The notes under the pieces were generated by a model, which saw nothing but the letters and a program-made list of their open reading frames with translations, made no database searches and was not told the origin of the DNA. The position numbers and the translations under genes are program-made. DNA of 32,000 bases from Metabacillus sp. RGM 3146 (GTDB taxonomy: Bacteria > Bacillota > Bacilli > Bacillales > Bacillaceae), in contig NZ_JBMKNV010000014.1 of NCBI RefSeq assembly GCF_049220665.1, positions 53,231 through 85,230 on the forward strand. The letters run 5' to 3'. Within the stretch, counting starts at the first letter, position 1. Each line of letters begins with the position of its first letter. This document shows, one piece after another, positions 10,148 through 18,477 of the stretch.

Positions 10148-10960
10148 ATGAAAAGCAGCCTTTATCATAAAAAAAGTCCAATTAAAGATCTTCAGGAAGA
10201 TGCATTTGTGCTCCATCCTGTATATAAGCTTGCTGGGGTCTTTGATGGTGTAACTCCATTGAATTCTTACAAAAACAAATATCAGGAAAATGGCGCTCAC
10301 ATTGCTTCCCATCTATTCAGCCGTTATTTTTTATATGAGTACAATCCGGAAATAACCCTTAAAGAAGGAATCCTTTCAGCTAATAAAAAATTAAAGGAGG
10401 AAATGCAAAAGGAGGCAATCGACCTTAATGATAAATCTTATCTGTGGTCAACATGTGCAGCAATAATCCTTTTTGAAGAAGAAAAAGTGCATTATGCGCA
10501 AGCTGGTGATTGCATGATCTTAGCTGAAATGCATGATGGAAAAATAAAAGAAGTGACAAAAAATTCGGTTAGAGGGATTAGCAAACGCGCAAAAGCCAAA
10601 AGAGAAACAGAAAGAAAAGCAGGAAAAGATATCTATACAGAAGAGTTCTATTCTTCTAATTTTCTAGCATCCAAAGCCTATAACAGAAAAATGGCCAATA
10701 CGGAGCAAGGCTATTCTGTTTGCAACGGGGAAGAGGCGTTAGAAAATTTTATTCAGACAGGGTTTCTGAATAAAGATGAGATAAAGTCGATCCTTCTTTT
10801 ATCTGATGGCCTCTTTTTTCCAGAGAAAGACATGGCTTACATAATGGAGGAAGCTCTTAAAAATGGTCTCTCTCTACTCGCCGAAAAGATAAAAAGAACA
10901 GAACAAAAAATGGGACTTCGTCCGGATGATCGAACAGCCATTCTATTAAGATTAATGTAA
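10148..10960 (+). CDS. PP2C/SpoIIE-like serine/threonine phosphatase domain protein
   Basis: GVFDGV near the N-terminus, AGDC in the middle and LLLSDGLF near the C-terminus fit the PP2C metal-binding Asp pattern. RBS AAAAGGAGAAG. Confidence 0.6.
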   Translation: MKSSLYHKKSPIKDLQEDAFVLHPVYKLAGVFDGVTPLNSYKNKYQENGAHIASHLFSRYFLYEYNPEITLKEGILSANKKLKEEMQKEAIDLNDKSYLWSTCAAIILFEEEKVHYAQAGDCMILAEMHDGKIKEVTKNSVRGISKRAKAKRETERKAGKDIYTEEFYSSNFLASKAYNRKMANTEQGYSVCNGEEALENFIQTGFLNKDEIKSILLLSDGLFFPEKDMAYIMEEALKNGLSLLAEKIKRTEQKMGLRPDDRTAILLRLM

Positions 10961-11033
10961 ATGACTTGAGCCATTGCAAGGTAATACTTAATATTGGTAA
11001 AATAAAGAGAAACTTTTTAAAGGGGCGTTCGAG

Positions 11034-11237
11034 ATGATTCATCATACATGGCAAGACAGCAAAACACTCAAAGAAATTACTTGTGTACATACAAATGCAA
11101 AGAAATATCTTGTTAATCATGCTCTGACAGAAGGAAAAAAATACGAAGTGAAAAATGAAACTGAAGAATTTTACTTTGTTGTGGATAATTCCGGAAAAGT
11201 CAGCGGGTTTTACAAAGATTATTTTAAAGAAGATTAA
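11034..11237 (+). CDS. Small hypothetical protein (67 aa)
   Basis: RBS AAAGGGG 8 nt upstream of the ATG and a terminator downstream. No family recognised. Confidence 0.5.
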   Translation: MIHHTWQDSKTLKEITCVHTNAKKYLVNHALTEGKKYEVKNETEEFYFVVDNSGKVSGFYKDYFKED

Positions 11238-11284
11238 TTCCGAGAGGTTTTTGCATTTCAAAGATAATGAAATATGTGGTTTAG

Positions 11285-11333
11285 GCTGAATAAAAGGGAT
11301 TAAAGCTATTCCCTCCATAATTCAGCTTTTTTT
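11285..11333 (+). terminator. Rho-independent terminator
   Basis: GCTGAAT...ATTCAGC outer stem with an inner GGGA/TCCC pairing, followed by T7. Confidence 0.7.
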
Positions 11334-11337
11334 ATTT

Positions 11338-11572
11338 GGCTCTTTTCTTAAATTTGGCCCAGTTAAACTTGGCTGTTGATTGCAGCAAGCAGGCACTCAA
11401 GCTTTAGCGGGCTTACCTTAGAGCCTCCTCGTCGCTTGGCTCCTGCGGGGTCTCCCTTGACACGCTTTTCTAAGCAGGAGTCTCAGCACCCGCTCCAATC
11501 AACTAGGTGTAAAAATCAATATTAAGCTTAAACTGAACCTAAACTTTATTGTTTTTCATCCATTTAAGTAAA
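11338..11572 (-). repeat. Intergenic repeat, long form, copy B2 (inverted relative to B1)
   Basis: The reverse complement of 11394-11459 matches 8448-8513 with about 5 differences. The end module GGCTCTTTTCTTAAATTTGG equals the right end of the repeat family in reverse. Confidence 0.8.
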
Positions 11573-11712
11573 TTTTTGAGCAGGAAGATGGCCATTAATA
11601 ATAATACAATGCTAATTTTCTTCAATAAAAAATTTGCTTCCTCACTTGTTTGCTTTAATCGAAATAAGGGAAATAATCAGCAGTTTATGTTTGATAAACA
11701 GGAGATGAAGGC

Positions 11713-13140
11713 ATGAATTTTGGGATTTTGAGAAAAAAACGGGTCATTATCTTAGTTATTATTCTGATACTAGGCATGACCATGATCTATAACTGCTATA
11801 AGCCTTTGCCGGAGGGATTGTCTTATGAAGGACCGGTACACAGAGTGAGCGATATAAGAATGTATAGTAATTTATCTTATAAAAAAGGAGAAAAAGAGGT
11901 TCACCAGGAAGAAATTTTTCCAAGATTCAATCAAATGATCAATGAAGCAGATCGCTTTATCGTTATTGATTTATTTTTATATAACAACTATATCGATGAT
12001 GGAGTTAAATACCCAAAAATAAGTGAACAATTGACTCAAACTCTGATTAAAAAGAAAAAGCAAAATCCGAAGATCCAAATTACTTTTATTTCTGATGAAG
12101 TGAATACCTCGTATGGAGCTCACCGTGCTAAGGAGCTTCACCTTCTAAAAGAGAATGGAATTCATGTCATTCAAACGAACCTCGAAAAATTGCGTGATTC
12201 TAATCCGATTTATTCAAGCGTTTGGAGAACAGCAATGCAATGGTTTGGAACAGAAGGTAAAGGCTGGCTCCCTAATCCTCTTTCAAGCAAAGCACCTAAA
12301 GTAACATTGAGATCCTATTTAAAGTTATTAAATATTAAAGCCAACCATAGAAAAGTTATTATTACTGATAAATCGGGAATGGTAAGCTCTGCAAACCCTC
12401 ATGATGCCAGCGGATTGCATTCTAATATGGCTTTTGAAGTGAAAGGAAATATTCTAAAAGATCTATTAAAATCAGAACAAGCTGTTGCTAGTTACTCAGC
12501 GCATGAGAAATTGCCCGGTTCTTTTCAGCAGGAAAAAGAAGAGGGAGAAATATCTGTTAGGGTATTAACTGAAGGTAAAGTTTTGAAGCATTTAGAAACG
12601 GCGATTGACTCAAGTAATAAAGGTGATGATTTATGGATGGGGATGTTTTATCTCGCAGACAGGGGAATTATAGATAAAATCGTTTCGGCGTCTAAAAGAG
12701 GAGTGAATGTGCGGTTAATACTTGATCCGAATAAGAATGCCTTCGGAAAACAAAAAATTGGGATTCCTAACAGGCCAATAGCAAGTGAGCTTGCTGACAA
12801 AACAGGAGGGAAAATAAAAATCCGCTGGTATAACGTAGATAAAGAACAATATCACACGAAAACCATGTTTTTAAAACATAAAGGAAAAGCAACGATACTT
12901 GCCGGTTCAGCCAATTTTACGAAAAGAAATTTGGCAGACTTAAATCTTGAAACAGATTTAATGATTGAAGCATCAGCTGATAAAAAGGTTATGAAAGATA
13001 TGGATTCGTATTTTACAATGCTTTGGAATAATACCGGCGGTACCTACACATTGCCTCAATCTGTTTATCAAGATAAATTGACACCAGTTAAAAGAGTGAT
13101 CTTTACGATTCAGGAATTGTTAGGATTTACAACCTATTAA
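11713..13140 (+). CDS. Membrane-anchored phospholipase D superfamily protein (two HKD-type motifs)
   Basis: N-terminal TM helix (VIILVIILILGMTMI). HKD1 is HRKVIITD...SSANPHD (from 12346). HKD2 is HTKTMFLK...GSANFTKRN (from 12853), with Lys where Asp is expected. Confidence 0.75.
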   Translation: MNFGILRKKRVIILVIILILGMTMIYNCYKPLPEGLSYEGPVHRVSDIRMYSNLSYKKGEKEVHQEEIFPRFNQMINEADRFIVIDLFLYNNYIDDGVKYPKISEQLTQTLIKKKKQNPKIQITFISDEVNTSYGAHRAKELHLLKENGIHVIQTNLEKLRDSNPIYSSVWRTAMQWFGTEGKGWLPNPLSSKAPKVTLRSYLKLLNIKANHRKVIITDKSGMVSSANPHDASGLHSNMAFEVKGNILKDLLKSEQAVASYSAHEKLPGSFQQEKEEGEISVRVLTEGKVLKHLETAIDSSNKGDDLWMGMFYLADRGIIDKIVSASKRGVNVRLILDPNKNAFGKQKIGIPNRPIASELADKTGGKIKIRWYNVDKEQYHTKTMFLKHKGKATILAGSANFTKRNLADLNLETDLMIEASADKKVMKDMDSYFTMLWNNTGGTYTLPQSVYQDKLTPVKRVIFTIQELLGFTTY

Positions 13141-13190
13141 GCAGGAGCGGTAATGTTAAAATGAAACGGAAAGAAGAAAGGAGAGATTTT

Positions 13191-13532
13191 ATGGGTCTTT
13201 TTTCAGCAAGCAAATCCAGTGATACACGCAGTTTCGAAAGCCTTTTAATTGAAGGGGAAAGCATTGAGGCTGTTTATAAGCTTCGAATTGATCAGATCTG
13301 CTTCACTGACCGGAGAGTCATCTTTTTTGACAACAAATTATTTTCAAGAAAAAAAGCCAGAGTATTCGTTCCTTATAAATCGATTGAGAGTTTTGCAATC
13401 GAGGAGGCGGGATTGTTCGATCTGGATGCGGAATTGTTATTAATGACAAAAAACCAGACATTTCAGCTAGAATTTTCAAAGAATACGGACATGACTGAAA
13501 TTCAAGCAATCTTAACAAAAAACATTGTATAA
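13191..13532 (+). CDS. Bacterial PH-domain protein (YokE-like)
   Basis: Small ORF directly after the PLD gene. The ATG at 13191 is preferred over 13161 because AAAGGAG (13177-13183) lies 7 nt upstream. The family call is from general sequence resemblance only. Confidence 0.55.
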   Translation: MGLFSASKSSDTRSFESLLIEGESIEAVYKLRIDQICFTDRRVIFFDNKLFSRKKARVFVPYKSIESFAIEEAGLFDLDAELLLMTKNQTFQLEFSKNTDMTEIQAILTKNIV

Positions 13533-13540
13533 ATTAAATG

Positions 13541-13563
13541 GCGTCTGAAAAGACGCTTTTTTT
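13541..13563 (+). terminator. Rho-independent terminator
   Basis: GCGTCT-gaaa-AGACGC followed by T7. Confidence 0.85.
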
Positions 13564-13590
13564 GGTGAAAATAATAATATTATGTAAACC
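13563..13590. other. Weak dif-like (Xer core site-like) dyad
   Basis: TTATGTAAACC (13580-13590) matches 10/11 of the XerD-side arm of B. subtilis dif as I recall it (TTATGTAAACT). GGTGAAAATAA (13564-13574) is an 8/11 inverted copy, but the spacer is then 5 nt, not 6. Confidence 0.2.
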
Positions 13591-13934
13591 AAACGGAATA
13601 ATAGTTTCCATTGATAGAAAATAATAGTCTATTAGAACGTATAGTTAGGTTTTTTACGTTATATTTTTCAAAAATGGTTTGTGAAAAAAGGGTTTATTTC
13701 CTTATTTAGACTATTTAACACTCTATATGAACTGCGCACAAAGACCCATTTATGGATAACTATATTTCGTTAATCCTAGTCTCATAGGGACAAGCCCTAT
13801 ATAGATAAAAATAGTAAGGATTTTCTTTGTGAGTACAAACTCCTGAAAATGCACATTCCTTGAGAATTATGTTTAAGTTTAACCCAACACGTGTAAATTA
13901 ACACTAAGCGTGGTCGAAAGGGGTTGGTTTTTAT

Positions 13935-14468
13935 ATGGACATTTTGGACCAAGCAAAGGAACATTCAAATAATAAGTGGATAAAAGGTGCTGTTCTAGGA
14001 AGTGCCCTTATCGGATCTGCTTTATTATTTAAGTCGGGTTCAAAAGACAAATCAAAAAAACAAAACTCCAATCACATCACAGGAGCAGACATCAAAGATG
14101 GCTTAGAAGAAACAGTCAAAGAAAAAGCCAAAGAAAAAATAATCGATCACACGAAGAAAAAAGCAAAGAAAAAAATGCAGGAAAAAATGCTGGAGGCTCA
14201 AGAGAAGATGGGCAATGCGGAGGACAAGTTAGCAGATAAGGTCCACAGCAAAGCGGAAGAACTCAGCGGCAATCTGCAGGAAAAGCTGCTTAATGTAAAA
14301 GGAAAACTTGCAGAAGTGAAAGATGCAGGAGAAACATTTCAGGAAAAAGTAAAATCAAAAAATAACGGAAACCGTGTTAAATCAGCAAAAGACCTTAAAA
14401 GCGCTACTGACATCCGCGGAGTAAACGAAGTTAAAAGTGCAAAAGATATTCCGCATTATTTTAATTAA
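13935..14468 (+). CDS. Lys/Glu-rich YtxH-like protein with an N-terminal hydrophobic helix (GvpP/Q-position gas vesicle-associated protein)
   Basis: 177-aa ORF immediately upstream of gvpA (13-nt gap). Helix GAVLGSALIGSALLF followed by a long charged coiled region. Confidence 0.6.
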   Translation: MDILDQAKEHSNNKWIKGAVLGSALIGSALLFKSGSKDKSKKQNSNHITGADIKDGLEETVKEKAKEKIIDHTKKKAKKKMQEKMLEAQEKMGNAEDKLADKVHSKAEELSGNLQEKLLNVKGKLAEVKDAGETFQEKVKSKNNGNRVKSAKDLKSATDIRGVNEVKSAKDIPHYFN

Positions 14469-14481
14469 GGAGTGATTAAGA

Positions 14482-14757
14482 ATGGCAGGCATTCAAAGAA
14501 GTACTGACAGTTCTAGTTTAGCAGAGGTAATCGACCGTATTCTTGATAAAGGGATTGTAATTGACGCATTTGCAAGAGTATCTCTAGTTGGAATCGAGCT
14601 AATCACGATTGAAGCAAGGGTAGTAATCGCAAGTGTCGATACTTGGCTGCGTTATGCTGAGGCTGTCGGCCTTATCAGAGACGAATTAATGGATGACGAA
14701 TTTAAGTTATCCGATCAAAAAGGCGAACGTGAAAGAATATCAGCTTCTTCTAAATAA
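14482..14757 (+). CDS. gvpA: Gas vesicle structural protein GvpA (GvpB of B. megaterium nomenclature)
   Basis: Hallmark GvpA core [54 protein letters not shown]. Confidence 0.95.
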   Translation: MAGIQRSTDSSSLAEVIDRILDKGIVIDAFARVSLVGIELITIEARVVIASVDTWLRYAEAVGLIRDELMDDEFKLSDQKGERERISASSK

Positions 14758-14767
14758 TGAATCATAA

Positions 14768-14800
14768 CCAGGGCGCAAATGTTGCGCCCTTGGTTCCATT
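14768..14800 (+). terminator. Hairpin between gvpA and gvpO, probably a partial terminator/attenuator
   Basis: 9-bp GC-rich stem AGGGCGCAA/TTGCGCCCT (14770-14778 / 14782-14790) followed by TTGGTTCCATTTT. Confidence 0.55.
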
Positions 14801-14824
14801 TTAAGGAACAGGGTGGAGATCTCG

Positions 14825-15091
14825 ATGAGCATGAAACAATTGCTGCAGGAAGTAACAGATTTTTTTACAGAATATGTTAGACCGCCTTTTAAAATAACTT
14901 CTGTAAAGCCAGCAGATAATGGCTGGGATGTTGTAGTCGAGGTTATCGAAGAAAAGGAATATATGAAAGCATACGCAAAAGATCAAATGATCGGTGTCTA
15001 TCATGCCCATATCAATGAGGAGATGGAAGTAGTCTCTTATAATCGTAAAAGCATGCGCCCAAGAAGCGCAGCAATAATTGAAGAAGATTAA
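14825..15091 (+). CDS. gvpO: GvpO family gas vesicle protein (GvpR of B. megaterium)
   Basis: Position after gvpA, and a GvpO-like core (DNGWDVVVEVIEEKEYM...GVYHAHI). The ATG at 14825 is preferred because GGTGGAG (14812-14818) lies 6 nt upstream. The track's GTG at 14813 lies inside that RBS. Confidence 0.8.
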   Translation: MSMKQLLQEVTDFFTEYVRPPFKITSVKPADNGWDVVVEVIEEKEYMKAYAKDQMIGVYHAHINEEMEVVSYNRKSMRPRSAAIIEED

Positions 15092-15120
15092 AAAGTATGT
15101 GTCGGCAGGAGGCAGTGCAA

Positions 15121-16035
15121 ATGGAAGTCCAGCAAATAGAAAAACCATTTAAACAGGATATTGTCATTTATCCTGAATTTAAGCAAATTGGCGAAAGAGC
15201 AGTTACTTATCTTTCCAATCACTATCCTGTGCATTTTACAGGTGTATCAGGAATTGGGAAAACTTCTTTGGCGCTGTATGTTGCGGATCAGTTTGGACAG
15301 CCAGTCACTTTCCTGTCCGGTAATCATGAAATGACAAATGAAGATTTGCTTGGTTCTTTCAGAGGATATGTTAAAAATACATTAGTAGATAATTTTGTAC
15401 GCTCTGTTTATAAAAAGCAGGAAAGACTGGATGAAGCTTGGGAGGATGGCCGTTTATTAAAGGCTGTTAAAGAAGGCCACGTTGTGATTTATGATGAATT
15501 CACAAGATCCAAGCCTGAAACCAATAACTTGCTGCTTTCAGTTATAGAAGAAGGAATTCTTCCTCTTTTCGGCACAAAAGAGGAAACATCATACATACCT
15601 GTGCACCCTGATTTTAAAATCATACTCACTAGCAATCCTGAAGAATACGCAGGTGTTTATCAAACACAGGATGCCTTGCTTGATAGATTGATTACATTAA
15701 AGCTTGAGTATCCAAACATGGATACCGAAGCATCGCTTGTAGCAGGAAAATCAGGATTGCCTGAAGAGGACGCAAAATTTATTGTGGAATTTATCGGACG
15801 CCTGCGGCAAAAAAGTTCTGGAAAAAAAAGCTTGGGACCAGGTATGAGAGCAGCATTAATGATCTCAACAATAGCAAAAAGCAGAGAAATTGCCATCAGC
15901 AAGGAAGACGTGGTATTTCAAAAGCTGTGCTTGGACGTTTTGACCTTTCCAATAAGCCAGAACCGGCAGCAGGATACAAAAGAAAAAATCGAAAGTTTTA
16001 TAATAAGCGAATTGAAGAAAACGACTGGAGGATAA
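15121..16035 (+). CDS. gvpN: Gas vesicle AAA+ ATPase GvpN (CbbQ/NirQ/NorQ/GvpN family)
   Basis: Walker A GVSGIGKTS and Walker B VVIYDEFTRSKPE. The ATG at 15121 with AGGAGG (15107-15112) is preferred over the ATG at 15097. Confidence 0.9.
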   Translation: MEVQQIEKPFKQDIVIYPEFKQIGERAVTYLSNHYPVHFTGVSGIGKTSLALYVADQFGQPVTFLSGNHEMTNEDLLGSFRGYVKNTLVDNFVRSVYKKQERLDEAWEDGRLLKAVKEGHVVIYDEFTRSKPETNNLLLSVIEEGILPLFGTKEETSYIPVHPDFKIILTSNPEEYAGVYQTQDALLDRLITLKLEYPNMDTEASLVAGKSGLPEEDAKFIVEFIGRLRQKSSGKKSLGPGMRAALMISTIAKSREIAISKEDVVFQKLCLDVLTFPISQNRQQDTKEKIESFIISELKKTTGG

Positions 16036-16041
16036 AAAGCC

Positions 16042-16809
16042 ATGGAAGAAGAAAAACAAGGATTTTATACGTTTTGTGCAATCAATACGGACAATGTGAA
16101 TAAAAAGCTGGGTACAGTCGACATGGAAGGAAATGAGCGGGAGCTTCAGACGATACCGTTCAAGGAGTATTCTATGGTAGTGGCCGAGCTTCCAATTAAA
16201 ATTTATCATCCAAAAAAAGATAATCTTGGTTCACATCAGCAGGTTGTCGCTTCTTTAATGGACGATTACTCCGTTATACCCATGAGTTTTGGCAATATCT
16301 TTGAAACAAAAGAAGATGTTCTTTATTTAATGGAGAATCTTCATGATGAATTTCAATCCATTTTTCCGAAAATAGAAAACAAAATTGAAATCGGACTGAA
16401 AGTGATTGGTAAAAAAGACTGGCTGCAAGAGGAAATTCATCAAAATAAAGAAATTGTTAAATTGAAGGAAAAAATTCAAGATAAAAGTGAGAACGCAGCT
16501 TATTATGACAGAATACAGCTTGGTGAATATGCCAATAAGTATATGAATGAAAAAAAAGAGCAAATTGCGAGAGAAATCTTTCTTCCACTTGCTAAAATAG
16601 CCGATTCTTCTAAACAAAATGACATGATCGGGGAACGAATGCTCTTGAATGCTTCATTTTTAGTAGATAAAGAAAACGATCAAAGTTTTGATAAACTTGT
16701 GAACGAATTATACGAAAAATGGCAGGTTAAAGCAGATTTCAAATATACAGGTCCTTGGCCTGCTTATAACTTTATTGATATAAAGTTGAAAGCGAGGGAA
16801 GCTCAATGA
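16042..16809 (+). CDS. gvpF: GvpF/GvpL family gas vesicle protein
   Basis: GvpF-type N-terminus (FYTFCAI...) and conserved C-terminal GPWPAYNF. Position after gvpN. Confidence 0.9.
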   Translation: MEEEKQGFYTFCAINTDNVNKKLGTVDMEGNERELQTIPFKEYSMVVAELPIKIYHPKKDNLGSHQQVVASLMDDYSVIPMSFGNIFETKEDVLYLMENLHDEFQSIFPKIENKIEIGLKVIGKKDWLQEEIHQNKEIVKLKEKIQDKSENAAYYDRIQLGEYANKYMNEKKEQIAREIFLPLAKIADSSKQNDMIGERMLLNASFLVDKENDQSFDKLVNELYEKWQVKADFKYTGPWPAYNFIDIKLKAREAQ

Positions 16810-17051
16810 TTCATAAACTCTTTACTGCTCCGATTAACCTGGTCATTAAGGTCGGAGAAAAGGTTCAGGAGGAAGCGGATAAAGAATTATATGATCTTGA
16901 AACCATTCAGCGAAAGCTCGTTCATCTGGAATTGATGCTCGAAATGGAAGAAATCACGGAAGAAGAATACAAAGAATCAGAAGAAGTACTTCTTGAACGC
17001 TATGAAATCGCAAAAAGAAAAGAACAGGCTCTTTTTCAAAATAGAGATTAG
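16806..17051 (+). CDS. gvpG: Gas vesicle protein GvpG
   Basis: 81-aa ORF overlapping the gvpF stop by ATGA. N-terminus LFTAPINLVIKVGEKV is typical of GvpG. Position as in B. megaterium. Confidence 0.85.
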   Translation: MIHKLFTAPINLVIKVGEKVQEEADKELYDLETIQRKLVHLELMLEMEEITEEEYKESEEVLLERYEIAKRKEQALFQNRD

Positions 17052-17076
17052 GGTAAAGAAACAGGAGGGTGTTATC

Positions 17077-17895
17077 ATGAATCCTGCAATTGATACGAAA
17101 GAATTGATGTATGTTTACGGATTTATTCCTGCAGCTGAAGCGGATGCCAAACCTCTTCAATCATTTAAAGGTTTAGATGAACAGCATTTAACTTATACGA
17201 AGAGCTTTGGGGAAATTACAGCTGTCATGTGCAAGCTCGATGAAAAAGAATACGGTGAAGAAGAACTTGAAGCAAAAATGGAAAATGGCGAGTGGCTAAG
17301 AGATAAAGCTTTTCATCATCACGATGCTCTTGTGAAAATTAATGAGCAGTATACCGTTATTCCTCTTAAGTTTTGTACAATCTTTAAAAATGAAAATAAT
17401 TTAAACGAAGTTATCAATCATCAAAAAGATACGATATTGGCCCTCTTTTCCTCATTGCAAAACAAAGAGGAATGGAATGTGAAAATTTATTGTTCTGAAG
17501 AAGCCGTTAAAGAGAATGTGCTTTTATCTTCTCCTGAACTTGAAGAAAAAAAGAAAGCGATCGAGCTGCTATCTTCAGGAAGGCAATTCTTTGAAAGAAA
17601 AAAATTAGAAAAGTTTGCTGATGAATTGCTTGAAAAAGAAATCGAAAAAAAGTCACGGATGATCCATGATAAACTTTCATCGCTATCAAGCAAATCCGCT
17701 GTAAAGAAAAACCTATCGAAAGAAGTAACGGGCAGGGATGATGTTATGGCATGGAACAGTGTGTATTTAATTGATAAAGATAAGGTGAAAGGTTTGCTTG
17801 AAGAAATAAAATCCATGCAAACAGCGGAAGAAAACAAAGCATATACGATTGAAGCTACTGGCCCTTGGCCAACGTATTACTTTGCTAACCTTTAA
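17077..17895 (+). CDS. gvpL: GvpL/GvpF family gas vesicle protein
   Basis: Second GvpF/L paralogue (MYVYGFIP..., C-terminal GPWPTYYF). The ATG at 17077 with RBS AGGAGGG is preferred over the track start 16993, which would overlap gvpG. Confidence 0.9.
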   Translation: MNPAIDTKELMYVYGFIPAAEADAKPLQSFKGLDEQHLTYTKSFGEITAVMCKLDEKEYGEEELEAKMENGEWLRDKAFHHHDALVKINEQYTVIPLKFCTIFKNENNLNEVINHQKDTILALFSSLQNKEEWNVKIYCSEEAVKENVLLSSPELEEKKKAIELLSSGRQFFERKKLEKFADELLEKEIEKKSRMIHDKLSSLSSKSAVKKNLSKEVTGRDDVMAWNSVYLIDKDKVKGLLEEIKSMQTAEENKAYTIEATGPWPTYYFANL

Positions 17896-17909
17896 AGGAG
17901 GTGGCGGCA

Positions 17910-18185
17910 ATGGCCAATGATGAAACGTTAAGAGGGCAGGATGTTACCCTGCTTGATATTCTGGATGTAGTGCTTGATAAAGGAGTAGCTATAAGAGGCG
18001 AGCTAGTTATCTCTATTGCCAACATTGATCTTGTTTATCTTGATCTGAGGCTATTAATCACTTCTGTTGAAAAACTGGTACAGCAAAGAGAGGATGGCAG
18101 TATCAAGAGCAGCAGAGAGGAGATGAAGGAATGGAACAGCTTAAACGAAAAACTGGTCGAATCGACTTCGACCCGGACAATGTAG
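17910..18185 (+). CDS. gvpS: GvpA/J-related minor gas vesicle protein GvpS
   Basis: GvpA-like core LLDILDVVLDKGVAIRGELVISIANIDLVYLDLRLLITSVE. ATG at 17910 with AAGGAGG 8 nt upstream. Confidence 0.85.
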   Translation: MANDETLRGQDVTLLDILDVVLDKGVAIRGELVISIANIDLVYLDLRLLITSVEKLVQQREDGSIKSSREEMKEWNSLNEKLVESTSTRTM

Positions 18186-18415
18186 AACGCGGACTCTCGC
18201 AGCTGGTCATGACCTTAGTCGAATTGATCCGGCAGCTTGTTGAACGCCATGCGATCCGCCGGGTTGAAGGTGGTACGCTAACAGATGACGAGATAGAGCG
18301 TCTAGGAAATGCGCTAATGGACCTTGAAGTGAAAATGGATGAATTAAAGAAAGTATTCAATTTAACGGACGATGATCTGAACATCGACCTTGGACCGTTA
18401 GGCAACTTATTGTAG
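18131..18415 (+). CDS. gvpK: Gas vesicle protein GvpK
   Basis: GvpK signature DPDNVERGLSQLVMTLVELIRQLVERHAIRRVEGGTLTDDEIERLG. Overlaps the gvpS 3' end by 55 nt in another frame. Confidence 0.9.
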   Translation: MEQLKRKTGRIDFDPDNVERGLSQLVMTLVELIRQLVERHAIRRVEGGTLTDDEIERLGNALMDLEVKMDELKKVFNLTDDDLNIDLGPLGNLL

Positions 18416-18477
18416 CAAAGGCGCAGTTTAGGCCTGGATTATTGTTTGTACTTGTTTTTGTTACGAGGCCAGAAAGG

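Noticed and set aside
10857-11318. 153-aa minus-strand ORF
   Set aside because: It overlaps the PP2C gene 3' end and the 67-aa gene antisense, and it runs through a terminator. Its Phe/Ile/Lys-rich composition is driven by AT content.
14801-15148. 115-aa minus-strand ORF antisense to gvpO
   Set aside because: The sense strand encodes a recognisable GvpO-family protein with an RBS. The antisense ORF has neither an RBS nor motifs.
1041-16035. Two CbbQ/NorQ/GvpN-family AAA+ ATPases in one window (1041-1931 and 15121-16035) as a possible functional link
   Set aside because: Each has its own well-defined partner context (vWA protein versus gvp cluster), and they are 13 kb apart. Co-occurrence is most simply coincidental.
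16993-17076. Upstream start for gvpL given in the ORF track
   Set aside because: It would overlap gvpG by 59 nt and lacks an RBS. The ATG at 17077 has AGGAGGG upstream and gives the usual GvpL/F N-terminus.
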